The notes under the pieces: model-generated
Database searches by the model: none
What the model was told of the DNA's origin: nothing
What the model saw: only the letters and a program-made list of their open reading frames with translations
Made by a program: the position numbers and the translations under genes
Assembly: GCF_964194155.1 (NCBI RefSeq)
Contig: NC_135887.1
Span: forward strand, 24,056,001-24,120,000
DNA length: 64,000 bases
Origin: Cetorhinus maximus
Lineage: Eukaryota
Reading direction: 5' to 3'
Shown: piece after piece, positions 37,501 to 49,007 of the stretch
Layout: each line of letters starts with the position of its first letter
Numbering within the stretch: position 1 is the stretch's first letter

Positions 37501-40500
37501 ATCCTCTTCAGTGCTGCTGAGCTGGTCGAGCACGGCCTTTGCGATGGGGACCATCATTGCAGTGGTGGCTGTGTTACTGATCCACATTGAGAGGAATGCT
37601 GTCACGCCCATGAACCCCAACATTAACCTGGAAAGGATAGAAACAAGCCAGTTAGCGACGTGAAAATAGCTTCCAGCCCATCAAAGCCCCCACCTCTCGC
37701 TAATATCCCATTGAAGTCCCTCCCTCAGGACGTTAACCCATCGAAGACCCTCCCTCTGGACATTAACCCATCGAAGCCCCTCCCTCGGGACATTAACCCA
37801 TCGAAGCCCTCCCTCAGGACATTAACCCATCGAAGCCCCTCCCTCGGGACATTAACTCTGCGATGAAGTTCATCTCTAATGCAGATGTGGGGAACAGCCT
37901 TGACCACATGTGGGTGATGGAATATCTTGCGCTCTGGGCTCTAAGTGGGGACCACAAGCAGACTGGAGGCAATATTGCTTCAAGCTTTCCTGATGCTGAA
38001 GCTTATCTCTCCTTCTCTTACTATCCACGCACCATCCCCCCCCCCCCACCCCCCCGCCAATGGACATTGAATATTCTACATTTACAGGACCTGACATTGT
38101 CCTGAAATAAATTGCATAGGGAACTACTTCCTGTCCTTTTATCCTGCTCTCTAATTCTATGCATTAACGTTCACTGTGTGCTTGATGCCATCTGTAACAC
38201 AACTGGACAAAGGATAGGAGAAGTCTTACAGAGCTGGCTTGACACCCACAAAGAAGAGCGTTGTCAGTGCGATGCGTTTGTGAAGATTCCAGTCCTCAAT
38301 GGCTATAGCAACCATTAACCCACCAAGGAAGAAGGCACTGGTGTCTTTCAGGTACTCCATACACACCTGAAACAGAAAGCACTCAGATGCACAACATCAC
38401 AGTGAGGTCATGTGGGTGTGTCAAGCATCCTGAGGCAAGGACCAGTCTGCATTGCCAAAAACTAGACTGGGATGGGTTATGATCATTGAGCTCCATTCAC
38501 ACTGGGGCCAGTGGGCTATGGTCAGTGATCCCCATTCACACTGGGGCCCATAGGTTATGGTCAGTGATCTCCATTCACACTGGGAACAGTGGGCTACGGT
38601 CAGTGATCCCATTCACACTGGGAACAGTGGGTTGTGGTCAGTGATCCCCATTCACACTGGGAACAGTGGTTATGGTTAGTGATCTCCAATCACACTGGGA
38701 ACAGTGGGCTCTGTGCCTCTAGCTAGTGAATGGTATTAGAAGGTTGGCATCGAACAGTGCCCTAGAGAAACCCTGCTGATTGGTTGTAAACCTTTTTTTG
38801 GCAGTTTGGGAAAGGTATCAGCTCATTGAGATAACATGGTCAATCCCATGTTTTATTAAAGGTTACTGGTTGATTCATCGAGATAACCTGGTCAATCCCA
38901 TGTTTTATGATAGGTTACTGAGGATTAACTAACCAATTGCCAGCCAGAACAGACACTTTATCATCAAATGTTCAAGGGAAGGATGATGATTATATCGAGA
39001 CTCAATGTTACAATCTTGTTTCTCTTTAAAGTTTCATTATCAAGTTCACAGAAGTGATTTCGGGGACAACAGTGTTGTTTCTGAAACTTACTGTTTTGGA
39101 CGGCATGATTCCAAACGTTGGGAAAAGTAAAATGGGCAGGAAGGATGTGATAGCCAGGGGGATGACTTCAGTGCACCAATACACAGCCATCAGAAGGACA
39201 ATATATCCGCAATAGGCTTCCTGTTGGAGAGGGAAACAAAAATTAGATCAGCAGGAAACCCTTAGTAGTGACAACAACTTATATTTATATAGCACTTTTA
39301 ATGTAATGAACTGTCCAAGGTGCTTCACAGGAACATTCCCAAACAGAAGTTGACACCAAATCACATGAGATGTTAGGAGAGGTGGGCAGAAGCTTTGTCA
39401 AAGAACTTTAAGGAACTTCTCAAGGGAGGAGAGACAGGTAGAGGGAGGAGAGATTTAGGGAGGGAATTCCAGAGCTTAGGGACCAGGCAGCTGAAGGCAC
39501 GGCCACCAATGGGGGCAATAGAAATTGGAGATGCTCAAGAGGCCGGGATTAGTGGAGCACAGAGATCTCAGTGGGCTGTAGGGCGGAGGTGATTACAGAG
39601 AGAGGGAGGGACTTGAAAACAAGGATGAAAATTTTAAAATCAAGGCATTGCCAAACAAGGAGCCAATAAAGGTCAGTAGGCACAGGGGTGACAGGGTAAC
39701 AGGACTTGCTGGGAGTTAAGACAGGGACAGCAGAGTTTTCAGTGAGTTCAAGTGTATGGAGGGTGGAATGTGGGAGTCCGGACAGGAGACTGATGGGAAA
39801 GTTGAGGAAACAGAAGTCAAGTTGCAATGAGTACACTCACTGCAAGAACCAACCTTTGTTGTAGACAAGTCCCTCCACCCCACAAAAATAAATTGCCCGT
39901 TGCCCCCACCCCTCCTCTCCTAGAAGTGGAACAGGCCAATCAGTGCCAGGCAGCCAATTGGGTCATTGGCAGTGCCCAGTGACTTGGTGGTTGTGACACT
40001 GGGCGAGCAGTTCAGAGGCTGCAAATTGAAATCCCATTGGCTAAGTGATGCATTAAATGGGAGGGAGTTTTAATCCCAAGAATAAAAATCTGATCATAGA
40101 AACTGACAGATTGTTGAACAGACCCAAAGGGGTTACTAGCGTCCTGTAAGGAAGGAGAGTAATGAGCCCCTGGTGTCACCCTACGTGTGACCCCAATCTC
40201 ACACTGCCTTGACTCTTGATGCCCTCAGGGACAACTAGTGATGGACAGTAAATGCTGCCTTGATAGGGCCACCCACATCCGAGAACACAGAAGAGAATGA
40301 CACTCTCTCTGTATATAGACAGCAGAGATACCAGGTTATTGAGGATAATCTGTGCAGATCAACAAGAGCATAGAAATGACTGGACAATGGGAGCACAGAC
40401 CATCTAAACCTGCCTCTAGTCTGCTGGTACAAAGATAATAGAGTAATTGACCAATCAGAGTGACCAATCTCTATCAATGAGTCTACAGCAGAGCCGGACA

Positions 40501-41311
40501 TGAGGCGAGGAAACCACCCATAGTGGGGGAGAGATTCGGGAAATATAGATCCAAACTCACCTGTTCCTCTCAAGGTTCACCGAGCACATGTCAGGTCTCT
40601 AATAACTCATATACTGCACCCCAAAATATTATTTTCTGAAAGAAATTTCAATAATTCACACGTGAAGAGATCAATATTAATTGTTTCCACCTTCTCGCAT
40701 GGGAATCTGTTTCTGAGTGACCACACGCTCCCTGAAATACTGACCCCAATCTTCACTGGAGTAGGATTTCCCATCGGGGGTGGGGAGGGGGCAATGGGAG
40801 ATTGAGGCAAAGATGACAGGGGCAGTCGGGGGTTAGAGTGGGGAAGAGATCACAGGGGAGAGTGATCACAGAGAGAGACCGTGGGGGGAGAGATCCTGTG
40901 AACTCTCCGGCTGAAAGTGCAGAGAGTGTTTTACAGATTGAGTCCCTCCTGTTAACGAGCCAGTCCAAACTCAGCTCCTTCAGCACTTTACAATTCCCAA
41001 AAAATATTCCAAGAAAAACATCCCTTCACATTTTCCAAACTGCTCCTAAAATCTGAGATTTCACTCACACACACACACACACACACACACTGCCATTCTG
41101 GATTTCCGTCTTAAATTGCAAGTTGTTTTAATATAAAGCACAGTTTACAGTTGTTTCTAACTATTGTTAGATATTCTGAACTGTATTTCAAGGTGGAAAT
41201 GGAACTTACTGGGGTCCGAACAACAATGGGTAAAGGCATGAAGAGTATCACAGGGAGAACGAGCAGCAAAGGATCCCTGTAGTTACGAAGTGGTCTCAGA
41301 CAGGACTGCAT
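13383..41311 (-). CDS. SLC13A5: SLC13-family Na+/citrate (dicarboxylate) cotransporter, complete 12-exon gene, 596 aa
   Basis: 12 GT-AG exons, phase-consistent, 1791 nt in total; motifs [55 protein letters not shown] and C-terminal WANVT. EVIPLA/WANVT and adjacency to MED31 (as at human 17p13, recalled) favour SLC13A5 over SLC13A2. Confidence 0.88.
17423..17560 (-). CDS. SLC13A5: SLC13A5 exon 11
   Basis: cag| [46 protein letters not shown] |gtaagt (138 nt). Confidence 0.96.
17862..18170 (+). mobile_element. Deu-domain SINE (SacSINE1/AmnSINE1-like)
   Basis: gatgtaagagatccca...ctattttgaagagg...gtgtcctggccaatatt...gggaacttgctgtgtacaaattggctgc core with L2-type tail (consensus recalled). Confidence 0.7.
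18782..18943 (-). CDS. SLC13A5: SLC13A5 exon 10
   Basis: cag| [15 protein letters not shown]...[20 protein letters not shown] |gtacgc (162 nt). Confidence 0.95.
19857..19966 (-). CDS. SLC13A5: SLC13A5 exon 9
   Basis: cag| [36 protein letters not shown] |gtaagc. Confidence 0.92.
20060..20297 (+). mobile_element. tRNA-derived SINE 5' part (LF-SINE-like) leading into the 69-bp array
   Basis: gagtcctttcacctc...gggttcaaatgcagcccagg (B-box-like) resembles the recalled LF-SINE head. Confidence 0.5.
20298..21045. repeat. 69-bp minisatellite, about 11 units (SLC13A5 intron 8, overlapping the exon 8 donor)
   Basis: gctgtacctg recurs every 69 nt from 20341 to 21031. Confidence 0.96.
21038..21159 (-). 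CDS. SLC13A5: SLC13A5 exon 8
   Basis: cag| [40 protein letters not shown], donor CAG|gtacag located inside the terminal unit of the 69-bp minisatellite. Confidence 0.85.
21437..21880. repeat. Purine-rich low-complexity (GGA/GGGT) tract
   Basis: About 440 nt almost entirely G/A/T with GGAGG runs. Confidence 0.9.
23090..23750 (-). mobile_element. CR1 3' fragment carrying a small Harbinger-like MITE (about 23268-23389)
   Basis: Frame [12 protein letters not shown]...LYRALVRP is split from HLEYCAQLW by a GC-rich insert with imperfect terminal inverted repeats. Confidence 0.7.
23758..24512. repeat. 33-bp minisatellite running into a Deu-SINE body
   Basis: Unit GTACTGAGGGAGTGCTGCACTGTCGGAGGGTCA. 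Confidence 0.95.
24513..24797 (+). mobile_element. Deu-domain SINE body and tail
   Basis: gtaaaagatcccatggccacta...gagcagggggagttccccc...gccaatattta; tail aggcgctatgtaaatgcaagtc. Confidence 0.75.
24881..25096 (-). CDS. SLC13A5: SLC13A5 exon 7
   Basis: cag| FRRLWGFG...[46 protein letters not shown]... |gtgagt (216 nt). Confidence 0.95.
25543..26520. repeat. 69-bp minisatellite, about 14 units (SLC13A5 intron 6)
   Basis: Same unit as 6127-6492, opposite orientation to the 20298 array. Confidence 0.95.
26624..27676. mobile_element. Probable solo LTR (about 1.05 kb)
   Basis: Bounded by a perfect 10-bp inverted repeat TGTTATGGGA...TCCCATAACA; non-coding; no clean TSD. Confidence 0.5.
28536..28658 (-). 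CDS. SLC13A5: SLC13A5 exon 6
   Basis: aag| [40 protein letters not shown] |gtaagt (123 nt). Confidence 0.95.
28740..29147 (-). mobile_element. tRNA-SINE sharing its 3' tail with the 'HHLLKGN' CR1-group LINE
   Basis: Reverse strand head tagcatagtggttatgtgactggactag...gggttcaaatccc (A/B boxes); tail matches LINE 3' end; related head at about 11000-11140. Confidence 0.65.
29190..30025 (-). mobile_element. CR1 LINE 3' fragment(s)
   Basis: [10 protein letters not shown]...[29 protein letters not shown]. Confidence 0.75.
30494..30632 (+). mobile_element. Solo PLE pseudo-LTR beginning with a hammerhead motif
   Basis: CUGAAGA-A-GAGUC-auaug-GACUU-GAAA-CAUU-AACU followed by the family 3' tail. Confidence 0.75.
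30959..31712 (-). mobile_element. Young 5'-truncated CR1 (HER1-like) LINE
   Basis: Uninterrupted 198-aa ORF2 C-terminus ([15 protein letters not shown]...[14 protein letters not shown]...[14 protein letters not shown]) and TTCTATGG-type 3' microsatellite tail. Confidence 0.92.
33050..34468 (+). mobile_element. Small non-autonomous LTR element (TRIM-like)
   Basis: Two diverged ~270-bp direct repeats (33060-33327 and 34201-34468) both ending ...CTTACAACA and containing AATAAA; TGG PBS-like motif after the first, purine tract before the second; no coding interior recognised. Confidence 0.8.
34600..35548 (-). repeat. 33-bp minisatellite (about 34670-35470) embedded within a Deu-type SINE
   Basis: SINE head remnant at 35470-35548 and SINE body at 34600-34670 flank the array in register. 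Confidence 0.9.
35712..35916 (-). CDS. SLC13A5: SLC13A5 exon 5
   Basis: cag| GLASPGEET...[35 protein letters not shown] |gtgagt; alternative in-frame acceptor would start the exon at 35901. Confidence 0.88.
36063..36850. mobile_element. CR1-group LINE 3' fragments ('HHLLKGN' type on + at 36063-36210; CR1 on - at 36290-36850)
   Basis: Family tail sequence and decayed ORF2 motifs. Confidence 0.65.
37410..37627 (-). CDS. SLC13A5: SLC13A5 exon 4
   Basis: cag| [36 protein letters not shown]...MELT; 3' end set by weak phase-1 donor AG|gtctct immediately before an in-frame stop. Confidence 0.85.
37675..37857. repeat. 30-bp minisatellite, about 5-6 units
   Basis: Unit AACCCATCGAAGCCCCTCCCTCAGGACATT. 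Confidence 0.85.
38230..38366 (-). CDS. SLC13A5: SLC13A5 exon 3
   Basis: cag| [45 protein letters not shown] |gtaaga (137 nt). Confidence 0.95.
38478..38710. repeat. 38-40-bp minisatellite, about 6 units
   Basis: Unit CCATTCACACTGGGAACAGTGGGCTATGGTCAGTGATCC. Confidence 0.85.
39092..39220 (-). CDS. SLC13A5: SLC13A5 exon 2
   Basis: cag| [43 protein letters not shown] |gtaagt (129 nt). Confidence 0.95.
41066..41090. repeat. (CA)n microsatellite in SLC13A5 intron 1
   Basis: cacacacacacacacacacacacac. Confidence 0.9.
41210..41311 (-). CDS. SLC13A5: SLC13A5 exon 1 (102 nt coding)
   Basis: [34 protein letters not shown] |gtaagt; 34-codon first exon typical of SLC13. Confidence 0.9.
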
Positions 41312-41384
41312 TGTAGATGGTCAGTGGCCGAAGCCTCTCCACTTACTGACAATCCACTCGAGTGACCATCACTAGCTTCAAGAT

Positions 41385-41530
41385 CCCAGTATAATAACTT
41401 CTCCAAAAGTTGATCTGTTTTAACTCTCAGTGATCCACTGACCAGTTTAACCTATTCTGGTTATTATTAACCAACTGTCTCCTGGTCCCTGTTCAAGGAT
41501 AGTAAAGTCCTGGTGGGGGTTGGGGCTGGT
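41385..41530 (-). promoter_or_regulatory. Putative SLC13A5 proximal promoter with HNF1-like site
   Basis: GGTTAATAATAACC (41459-41472, minus) about 150 nt upstream of the ATG and a TATTATA-like element near 41390-41396. Confidence 0.35.
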
Positions 41531-44062
41531 GTGTAGTCAAAGCCCCCGAGCCGGATTTTACCTGTAGCAGGTAATTCATTACCCGCCCCGGGAGGGTGGC
41601 CTGCAACTTTAAGGGCGGAGGCCCCGCCCCCAGAGTCTGTCAGCCAATCAGCCCTTCAGACTCAGCAGCGCTGCCAGTGCTCACTTCAGGAATTGCAACT
41701 GCAGGGGGGTGTCTTTGGTGAGGGAAGGGGGTGTGTGTTTGGTTAGTGCTGGGCGGTGTTACCATGGAGACGGTCCTTTCCACCTGAGGTGGGGGGGGGG
41801 GATTACCACGGGCAAACGAGGGACCCCCGCCCCAACCACTCCACAAGGAGGCCGCCATAGTTCATCAGGCAGTCTCCCAACGTGTCAGAGGACCCACTCC
41901 CACCTAGCCCTCCTCATGTGATCATCTTTATGCCCCTATTTATAAAGCCCTTAAAGCCCAGTGTGCCTGGGCTTTATTAAACACTTCCTAAACCTGCCCT
42001 GCCACATTCAATGATTTGTGCACATATACCTCCAGGTCTCTCTGTTCCTGCACCCCGTTTAGAATTCTATCCTTTAGTTTATAATGCCTCTCCTCGTTCT
42101 TCATACCAAAATGAATCTCTTCACACTTTCATCTGCCATTTGTCTGCCCAAGCCTGTATATATCCTCTTGAGGTTTATCACTATCCTCCTCACGTTTCAT
42201 AACACTTTCAAATGTTGTGTCACTTGACGTGTGAACTTTAAGTACATCCTTCCTATTTGCCAATTTTTGGCCAATCAGTGTTTCAGTTGTTTCCTCTTTC
42301 ACCATGACTCTGGCAATGTTTCGGGCTGCCACCATGTTTTGCACTGTCACCGTGATTTGGCTTGATGCCCTTTATTTGTATTGTCTACTGGCTGAATGAG
42401 GCTCCTTTTACTTTATGGGTGACTTGGAAATAGTCGGTCTTTTATTTTTCTCAAAACTGTTAATTTACACTATTTACATCCAAGACCTTAACACAGACTG
42501 CTCTGTGTCTTATTCCCTTGGAGTCTCTTGATCACCTGATCCTAATGTCATGCCTGCATCATCAATAACATCATTGTCTAATTAACATAACCATTAACCC
42601 CTTACTCGACATCTCCCACTTAAGTATGATCTCAAAACTGTTACATTATTTTGTTAGACTATTTACATTCTCACCATCTGTTAACCTCATGTACTGTTTA
42701 TAGTTTCCATCCAAATCCTACCCCCCGCCCCCACCCACTCTCCAAGTCATCGTCACCCAAGACGTCAATCCCTAGCTTTCAGCCCCCTCGGAGGACATGT
42801 AGGACGTTTGTGTTCTGTTATCTTCTCCATGGAAGGCAAACACATTGGTGGCTTGGGACAGCTGCTTCTCACGACTGCTGGCTCCTGGGCTCAGACTCTT
42901 ACAATCACCTGAATGTAAAGGCAGTGAAAATCAATCAAGGAAGAACTGATTGAAGAGTTTTTCAATCCTCCAGGACTGGAACGATCACAAACCCCCTGAA
43001 AAAGGAGACAACGAACTGATATTCTCTCTCTCATCTCCTTCGGTAGTGCCCTCTGGGGAAAAGTTAAAGCACCAGCTGGAGAAAGTGAAGCACTTTCAGC
43101 TCCTATAAAGAACTTTGAAGATGTATCTTTCACTGCTGCTGTGATGACAAGAAAAGTGTTCAATGCCTGAGACATGAATAAATCTGGTAGACAAGAAGAA
43201 GAACGAAGAACATCCTGAAGATACTTCAGGATACAAGGGGAGGAAGACTTCCCTACTCCCCTGGGGTAGGGATTTCACTTTCTGTAAGTAGTGAGATCAT
43301 TTCCATGCTTGCTTCAGCATGAGGCTGCTCCACTGCGGACAATGAGATCACAGGGTCAGCAGGAGAGAGTAGGATTGCATCATCATCAACAATGGAATTA
43401 ATAGTTGTTTGGTAGTACAGAACTTTGGTATTGCTGAAAAAAGAGACACGTCAAAGTTTTTCATCTTGCACTCATCAGGACACTTTGCAATAATACCAAT
43501 ATAAGGGGAAAACAACAATTTATACTGTATGTGAAGAGAGTGCTGATTGGTTGGCAAGTGGATTCTGATTGGTAGAGGCATTGCTATGGAGAATGCACCA
43601 GTGATGGTGACTAACAGTTAACTACCAAGCATTGTTTGAAAATTAAACCAGGTAGCTTGACCCTGATTGGTCAAGGAATTGTCCTAAGGAATGAGTCAGC
43701 GAATGACTGTCACTTACTTTGTTTAGCTGAAAAAGATGGAATGTGTGTACGTGTTCTTTCTGTCTGCAAAGAACAGGGACGCGTGTATTAATATATGTAG
43801 CTTCCAGGACACACAAATGCATAACACTGCGAGCCCAACTGACAACCTTAAACTGGTTGTCAATGTAATTCTCGGCACACTGAGGATTATTTAGCAAATG
43901 TTGTCCAATCGCGGAATCACATCTAGTGTTGGACACTGTGTTTTGAGTTTTGCAAGCACAGGCTGGTTGGGTACGGTCTCTACCTTGCCCATTGTGAACA
44001 GCAGCTGGGGCATGCTGTTTGATACAATCTGCCAGTCTTTGGAATGTGTGGCCTCCATACCT

Positions 44063-45802
44063 TCATCTCACCCTCAGCAAACTTCCCACTGGAGTGGAGC
44101 TAAACTACAGAACAATGGAAACCCATTCAACCTCCACCCCCTGCAAGCCAGATCCATGGTCATTCCATCCTCTGTCATTGAACTACAGTGTGCAGATGAT
44201 GCTCGCGCCTGCGCACACTTGGAGGCCGAGCTCCAAACCATCATCAGCACCTTCGCCGAGGCGTACGAGAGCATGGGCCTTACATTAAACATCCGTAAGA
44301 CAAAGGTCCTCTACCAGCCCGCACCATCCACACCGTACTGCCATCCACCTACCCCCACTCCCCCCATCCAACCCCCCCCCCCCCCACTGCCCCCCAACTG
44401 GTTATGAAGATCAGTTACGAGGCATTGGACAATGTGGACCACGTTCCATACCTTGGGAGCCTACTGTCAACAAGGGCAGACATCAACGACGAGCTCAACG
44501 CCGCCTTCGATGTGCTAGCACAGCCTTTGGCCACCTGAGGAAGAGAGTGTTTTAAGACCAGGACCTCAAAACCAGCACCAAGCTCACAGAGCAGTAGTGA
44601 TACCTGCCCTTTTTTTTTATTTATTCATGGGATGTGGGCTTCGCTGGCTGGCCAGCATTTATTGCCCATCCCTAGTTCCCCTTGAGAAGGTGGTGTTGAG
44701 CTTCCTTCTTGAACTGCTGCAGTCCCTGTGGTGTAGGTACACCCACAGTGCTGTTAGGAAGGGAGTTCCAGGATTTTGACCCAGCGACAGTGAAAGAATG
44801 GCGGTATATTTCCAAGTCAGGATGGTGAGTGACTTGGAGGGGAATTTCCAGGTGGTGATGTTCCCATCTATCTGCTGCCCTTGTCCTTCTAGATGGTAAC
44901 GATCGTGGGTTTGGAAGGTGCTGTCAAAGGAGCCTTGGTGAGTTCCCAGTGCATCTTGTAAATGTTATACACTGCTGCTACTGTGTATCGGTGGTGGAGG
45001 GAGTGAATGTTTGTGGACGTAGTGCCAATCAAGTGGGCTGCTTTGTCCTGGATGGTGTCGAGCTTCTTGAGTGTTGTGGGAGCTGCACTCATCCAGGCAA
45101 GTGGGGAGTATACCATCACTCTCCTGACTTGTGCCTTGTAGATAGTGGACAGGCTTTGGGGAGTCAGGAGGTGAGTTACTCCTATATGGCTCAGAGATGT
45201 GGACTGTGTACAGCAGACATCTCAAAACTCTGAGAAGTACCACCAGCGCTGTCTCCGCAAGATCCTGCAAATCCATGGGCAGGATAGGTGCACCAACATC
45301 AGTGTCCTCATTCAGGCCAACATCCCCAGCATTGAAGAACTGACCATGCTCGATCAGCTCCACTGGGTGGGCCACATCGTCCGCATGCCTGACATGAGAC
45401 TGCCGAAACAAGTGCTCTACAAGGAGCTTCGACAAGGCAAGTGAGCCCCAGGAGGGCAGAGGAAATGCTTCAAGGACACCCTCAAAGCCTCCTTGAAAAA
45501 GTGCAACATCCACACCAACATCTGGGAATCCCTGGCCCAAGACCACCCGAAGTGGAGGGAAAGCATCTGGGAAGGAGCTGAACACCTTGAATCTCATTGC
45601 CAAGGACTAGCTGAAGCCAAGCGTCGACAGCAAAAGGAGCACATGGCAACTTGGGTACCCAACCCACCCATTCCCCCTACCACTGTCTGCCCCATCTGCG
45701 ACAGAGACTGTAGGCTGCGCATTGGACTCTTCAGTCACCCGAGAACTCATTTTTAGTGTGGAAGCAAGTCATCCTCGACCCCGAGGGACTGCCTAAGAGA
45801 GA
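44063..45802 (+). mobile_element. RTE-clade LINE 3' portion
   Basis: ELQCADDA...MGLTLNIRKTKVL; HQRCLRKILQI; CPICDRDCRLRIGLFSH; 7-bp TSD catacct (44056-44062 and 45803-45809). Confidence 0.88.
44611..45178 (-). mobile_element. CR1-group LINE fragment inserted in the RTE
   Basis: Family sequence with T-rich left end; RTE is contiguous once it is removed (tacctgccct|cctatatgg). Confidence 0.85.
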
Positions 45803-47787
45803 CATACCTAGCATCACACTAGTACTGAAATTCAGATACCACGTTACTCATTTCTGTGATAGGCAGAATGTCTTTTTAGCTTGAAGGCAGCACCCTGTTA
45901 GTGGCAAATACCACTTGTGTTGCTACTGCATAGTAGCAGCGTGAAACAGCTAGCTTCACCTGTTGCCCAAATTTTTGAGATACCTTGCCCTTCCAGGATA
46001 ATGTGAGGTAGACTGGGCACTTCTCAGGGTTGAAAGTGACGGCCTTAGGCCCGTGCATGGGTTTGCACAATATACAGCGCAAAATGATCTGAACAGGATG
46101 ATCATTATCTCACAGGATGTCTTTGACACGTCCTATTTCAGCATCAAACTTGCATGGTGAGCAAATGGCTTGGGCCCTATTTACAAGGTTGACATTAAAG
46201 GCAATGTTATAGCGATTGGAACTGTAAGAATCCCAATGCGTATATTGACTAATGAAGGTAGGCATGCGGTAGACCATGGTAGAGAATCCCCTGGCAGACT
46301 TCTCAACTGGTATGTCAAGGAAAGGGAGTTCATTTGACTGCTCCATTTCAAAGGTGAATTTGAGCACAGAGTGGAGCACATTAAGACATGTAAGGAAATT
46401 ATTACACGCTGCTACAGATTTAAATATAGCAAACGTATCATCCACATATTGGAAATGTGCAAGTGCTAGGATGTTGGGTGTCATTCCATCGAAGACCCAT
46501 TTCTTATGGAACCCAACAAAGATGTTTGCGAGAGCTGGGTTAGAGGGTTCCCATGCTAACACCATCTATTTGGGCATACATGGTGTCACTAAAGTTGAAC
46601 TCAACTACATGAGTTGCGGGGTTCATGCAAGTTTGTTGTTTTCCCCTATATGGTTATTCTTGCAAAGTATCCTGATGAGTGCAAGACAAAAAGCTTCGGT
46701 ATGTCTCTTTTTTCAGCAATGGAATTAATCTCCAGACCGGGATGTAGAGGAAGTTCCTGCGTAATACTGTTTAGGTCCACGTGTGAGCTGCAGCTTACAT
46801 TTGTACAAACGAATAAGCTCTGAACTTTCACAATTGGTTTGATCCAACTTGGAATTAAGCATCTCATTCTCCCTGGATAGATTCCTGCTGGCTGCTTGCA
46901 ATTGTTGATTGCCTGTCATCGGTGGACTCAGTGGAATAAGTCGACAAATTCAGCTCTTTGTTACCTTCTTCAACGAAGGGATGATTCCCCTCAATAGAGG
47001 CAATAAAGTCTTCACAGGCATTGGCAGTGGAATCCAAACAGTGTAAGTAAGATCTAGGACTTCTTCTTCCAACAGATCAGCTGCTTCTGCAGTGGCTTCA
47101 TTCTCTTGAGCTATGGCCCAAAAGAGCCACCAAGGTCTAGAAGCTCTTCTAGTGGATGGTCACCATCTTTGTTAGTACATCCTGTTTCCACCCCCTTTTA
47201 GCCTGTCTCCAAAGTGAAGTCAGAGATCTGCAATCTCCTATGGTCCAATGGATGGTGTTTACTCAGTAAAGACCGGCTCACTGCGTAATGAGTCAACTTC
47301 AATTTCTGCTTCAGTTTGAGCTTTCCCAGTCCTCAGAACACCTTAGGAAATTCATCCCTGAGAATCGCTCCGCTGTCATCTAGTGTTACCTCGTTGACCT
47401 TTTGTAGAAGGTCAACTCACGAACACACTGTCCAGCTGAGCAGAGAAATTTGCTGGTTCCGTAAGATATAAAGAGTTTTGTTAGTTTCTTTACCTTCATA
47501 CCTAAGGGTTGTGGTGAACTGACCCTTCACTTTGAGGTCCGTGTGCCCTGGCCCCCGTAACTTTATTTTAGATGACTGGATTTCTACTTCCTTGAGCCAG
47601 TCCTGAAGCTAGCCCCATTTGTCCAATAAGACTCTGACCCCAACCTTGGTGTCCAATTTAAATTCTGTTCTGTATCCTTGGCCTTCCAGCTCTACAGAGC
47701 AGAAGTGCTTATCAGGAATCCTTTATTTCTCCTTGGAAATTGTTGGGTTGAAATGCTGTATTTCCAATTTCCTGGACTTCAAAATGG

Positions 47788-49007
47788 TGTCATGATGATG
47801 TGATGTGTGCATGTGTAATATTAATCTTTAATTTCATTGGCCAGCCAAATATATATTTAACCTCTTTAACAGGACTTTCTAAAATAAAGAAAGACACTGA
47901 CTTAAGATGGCTGCCATAGGTCACCTGACATACCTGGCATTACAGTTTCTGGAAGGTTCCAATGTGGATCACAATTAAGACATGCCAAGGCAAACCTCCT
48001 ATGGAATTTCACACCTGCTGATGCCAAGAACTATTTCAAAGATGAACTGTAACTTGAAATTGGCTCTCACCATTTTATTTTTTTAAAGCTACTTTTCTGG
48101 CTGAGGTAGGAAGTCTATTGGGACAACGGCTATATATATAGGTGTTCTTCCTGGGTTATCATAGGGAAGCATGATCTATTCAGAAGTGATGGTTGGGACA
48201 TTAAAGAAATTAATCACCTAGGTCATAGCACAATAGCCAAGGTATGCCTAGACATGAGCTAATCAATTACCATCTGTGAAATACCCAAATCATTATGAGG
48301 AGAGAGGTCATGTGGCCAGAATAATTATTTTGAAATGTCTTTTATTACAACACCCCGGTTGTAATTGGGCAGTCTACAATAAGACGTCTAATGAAGCATT
48401 ACCACCATCTCTCTCCCCTCTGTTCTCAACTTAGGAGCCCTATCTCGGTTACATTATAGAATCCATCACAGAGATAGAGATTTTCAATCAATAAGAACTT
48501 CAGGTACAATAACGTCGATTTTTGGAAAGGTGGGTTACAGTTTAAAAGAGACTGTCTCCAGAAGTTGTGATTTACTTCAGCCTCAACCCCACTGGAATTT
48601 CAAGACCACTGTGGAAAAACACGAATAACAGTGAAGGACTCATAAACAGTGAACTCTCCTTTTTTTCCCTTTTATCATTGAGTCTTAATTTGTAAGTTTG
48701 CATGCCTGTCTGTGTGTGTTGTGAAGGTCAAGACATGAGTTTTAAATATCTTTACATATTTACCTGAGTGGGTTTTTAGCACAATAAACACTAACCCCTT
48801 TGTGTTTAAATTCAAGGAAGCCCGTTGGACTGAATTCTTTGCAATCAGCTCATAAATGGTTAAATGCAGACACTGAATTAATACCTTCATCCTTATAAAT
48901 TACAAAAACTCATACCTTCATCCTTATAAATTACAAAAACTCAGTTACAGTCAAGGTGTAGGGAAGAAATGCCAAGTCCTGACATCATGTCTCCACCAGT
49001 CGTAACA
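47788..49007 (+). mobile_element. Probable solo LTR (about 1.2 kb)
   Basis: TGTCATGA...CGTAACA termini, AATAAA near 48783, near-TSD atgg/ttgg, internal ~32-bp duplication at 48881-48942. Confidence 0.55.

Larger units (their letters stand above)
43400..46725 (-). mobile_element. Second-family Penelope-like element (RT plus GIY-YIG) with inverted pseudo-LTRs, split by an RTE LINE
   Basis: RT LANIFVG...YVDDTF...KFTFEMEQSNELPFLD; endonuclease NVV.EFQ...DARY|GHT...SAIGQHLLNNP; inverted pLTR copies near 43430-43520 and 46630-46720. Confidence 0.85.

Noticed and set aside
13383-41311. Assignment as SLC13A2 or SLC13A3
   Set aside because: Some residues ([14 protein letters not shown]) look SLC13A2-like, but EVIPLA, WANVT and the MED31 neighbourhood favour SLC13A5; a phylogeny is needed to settle it.
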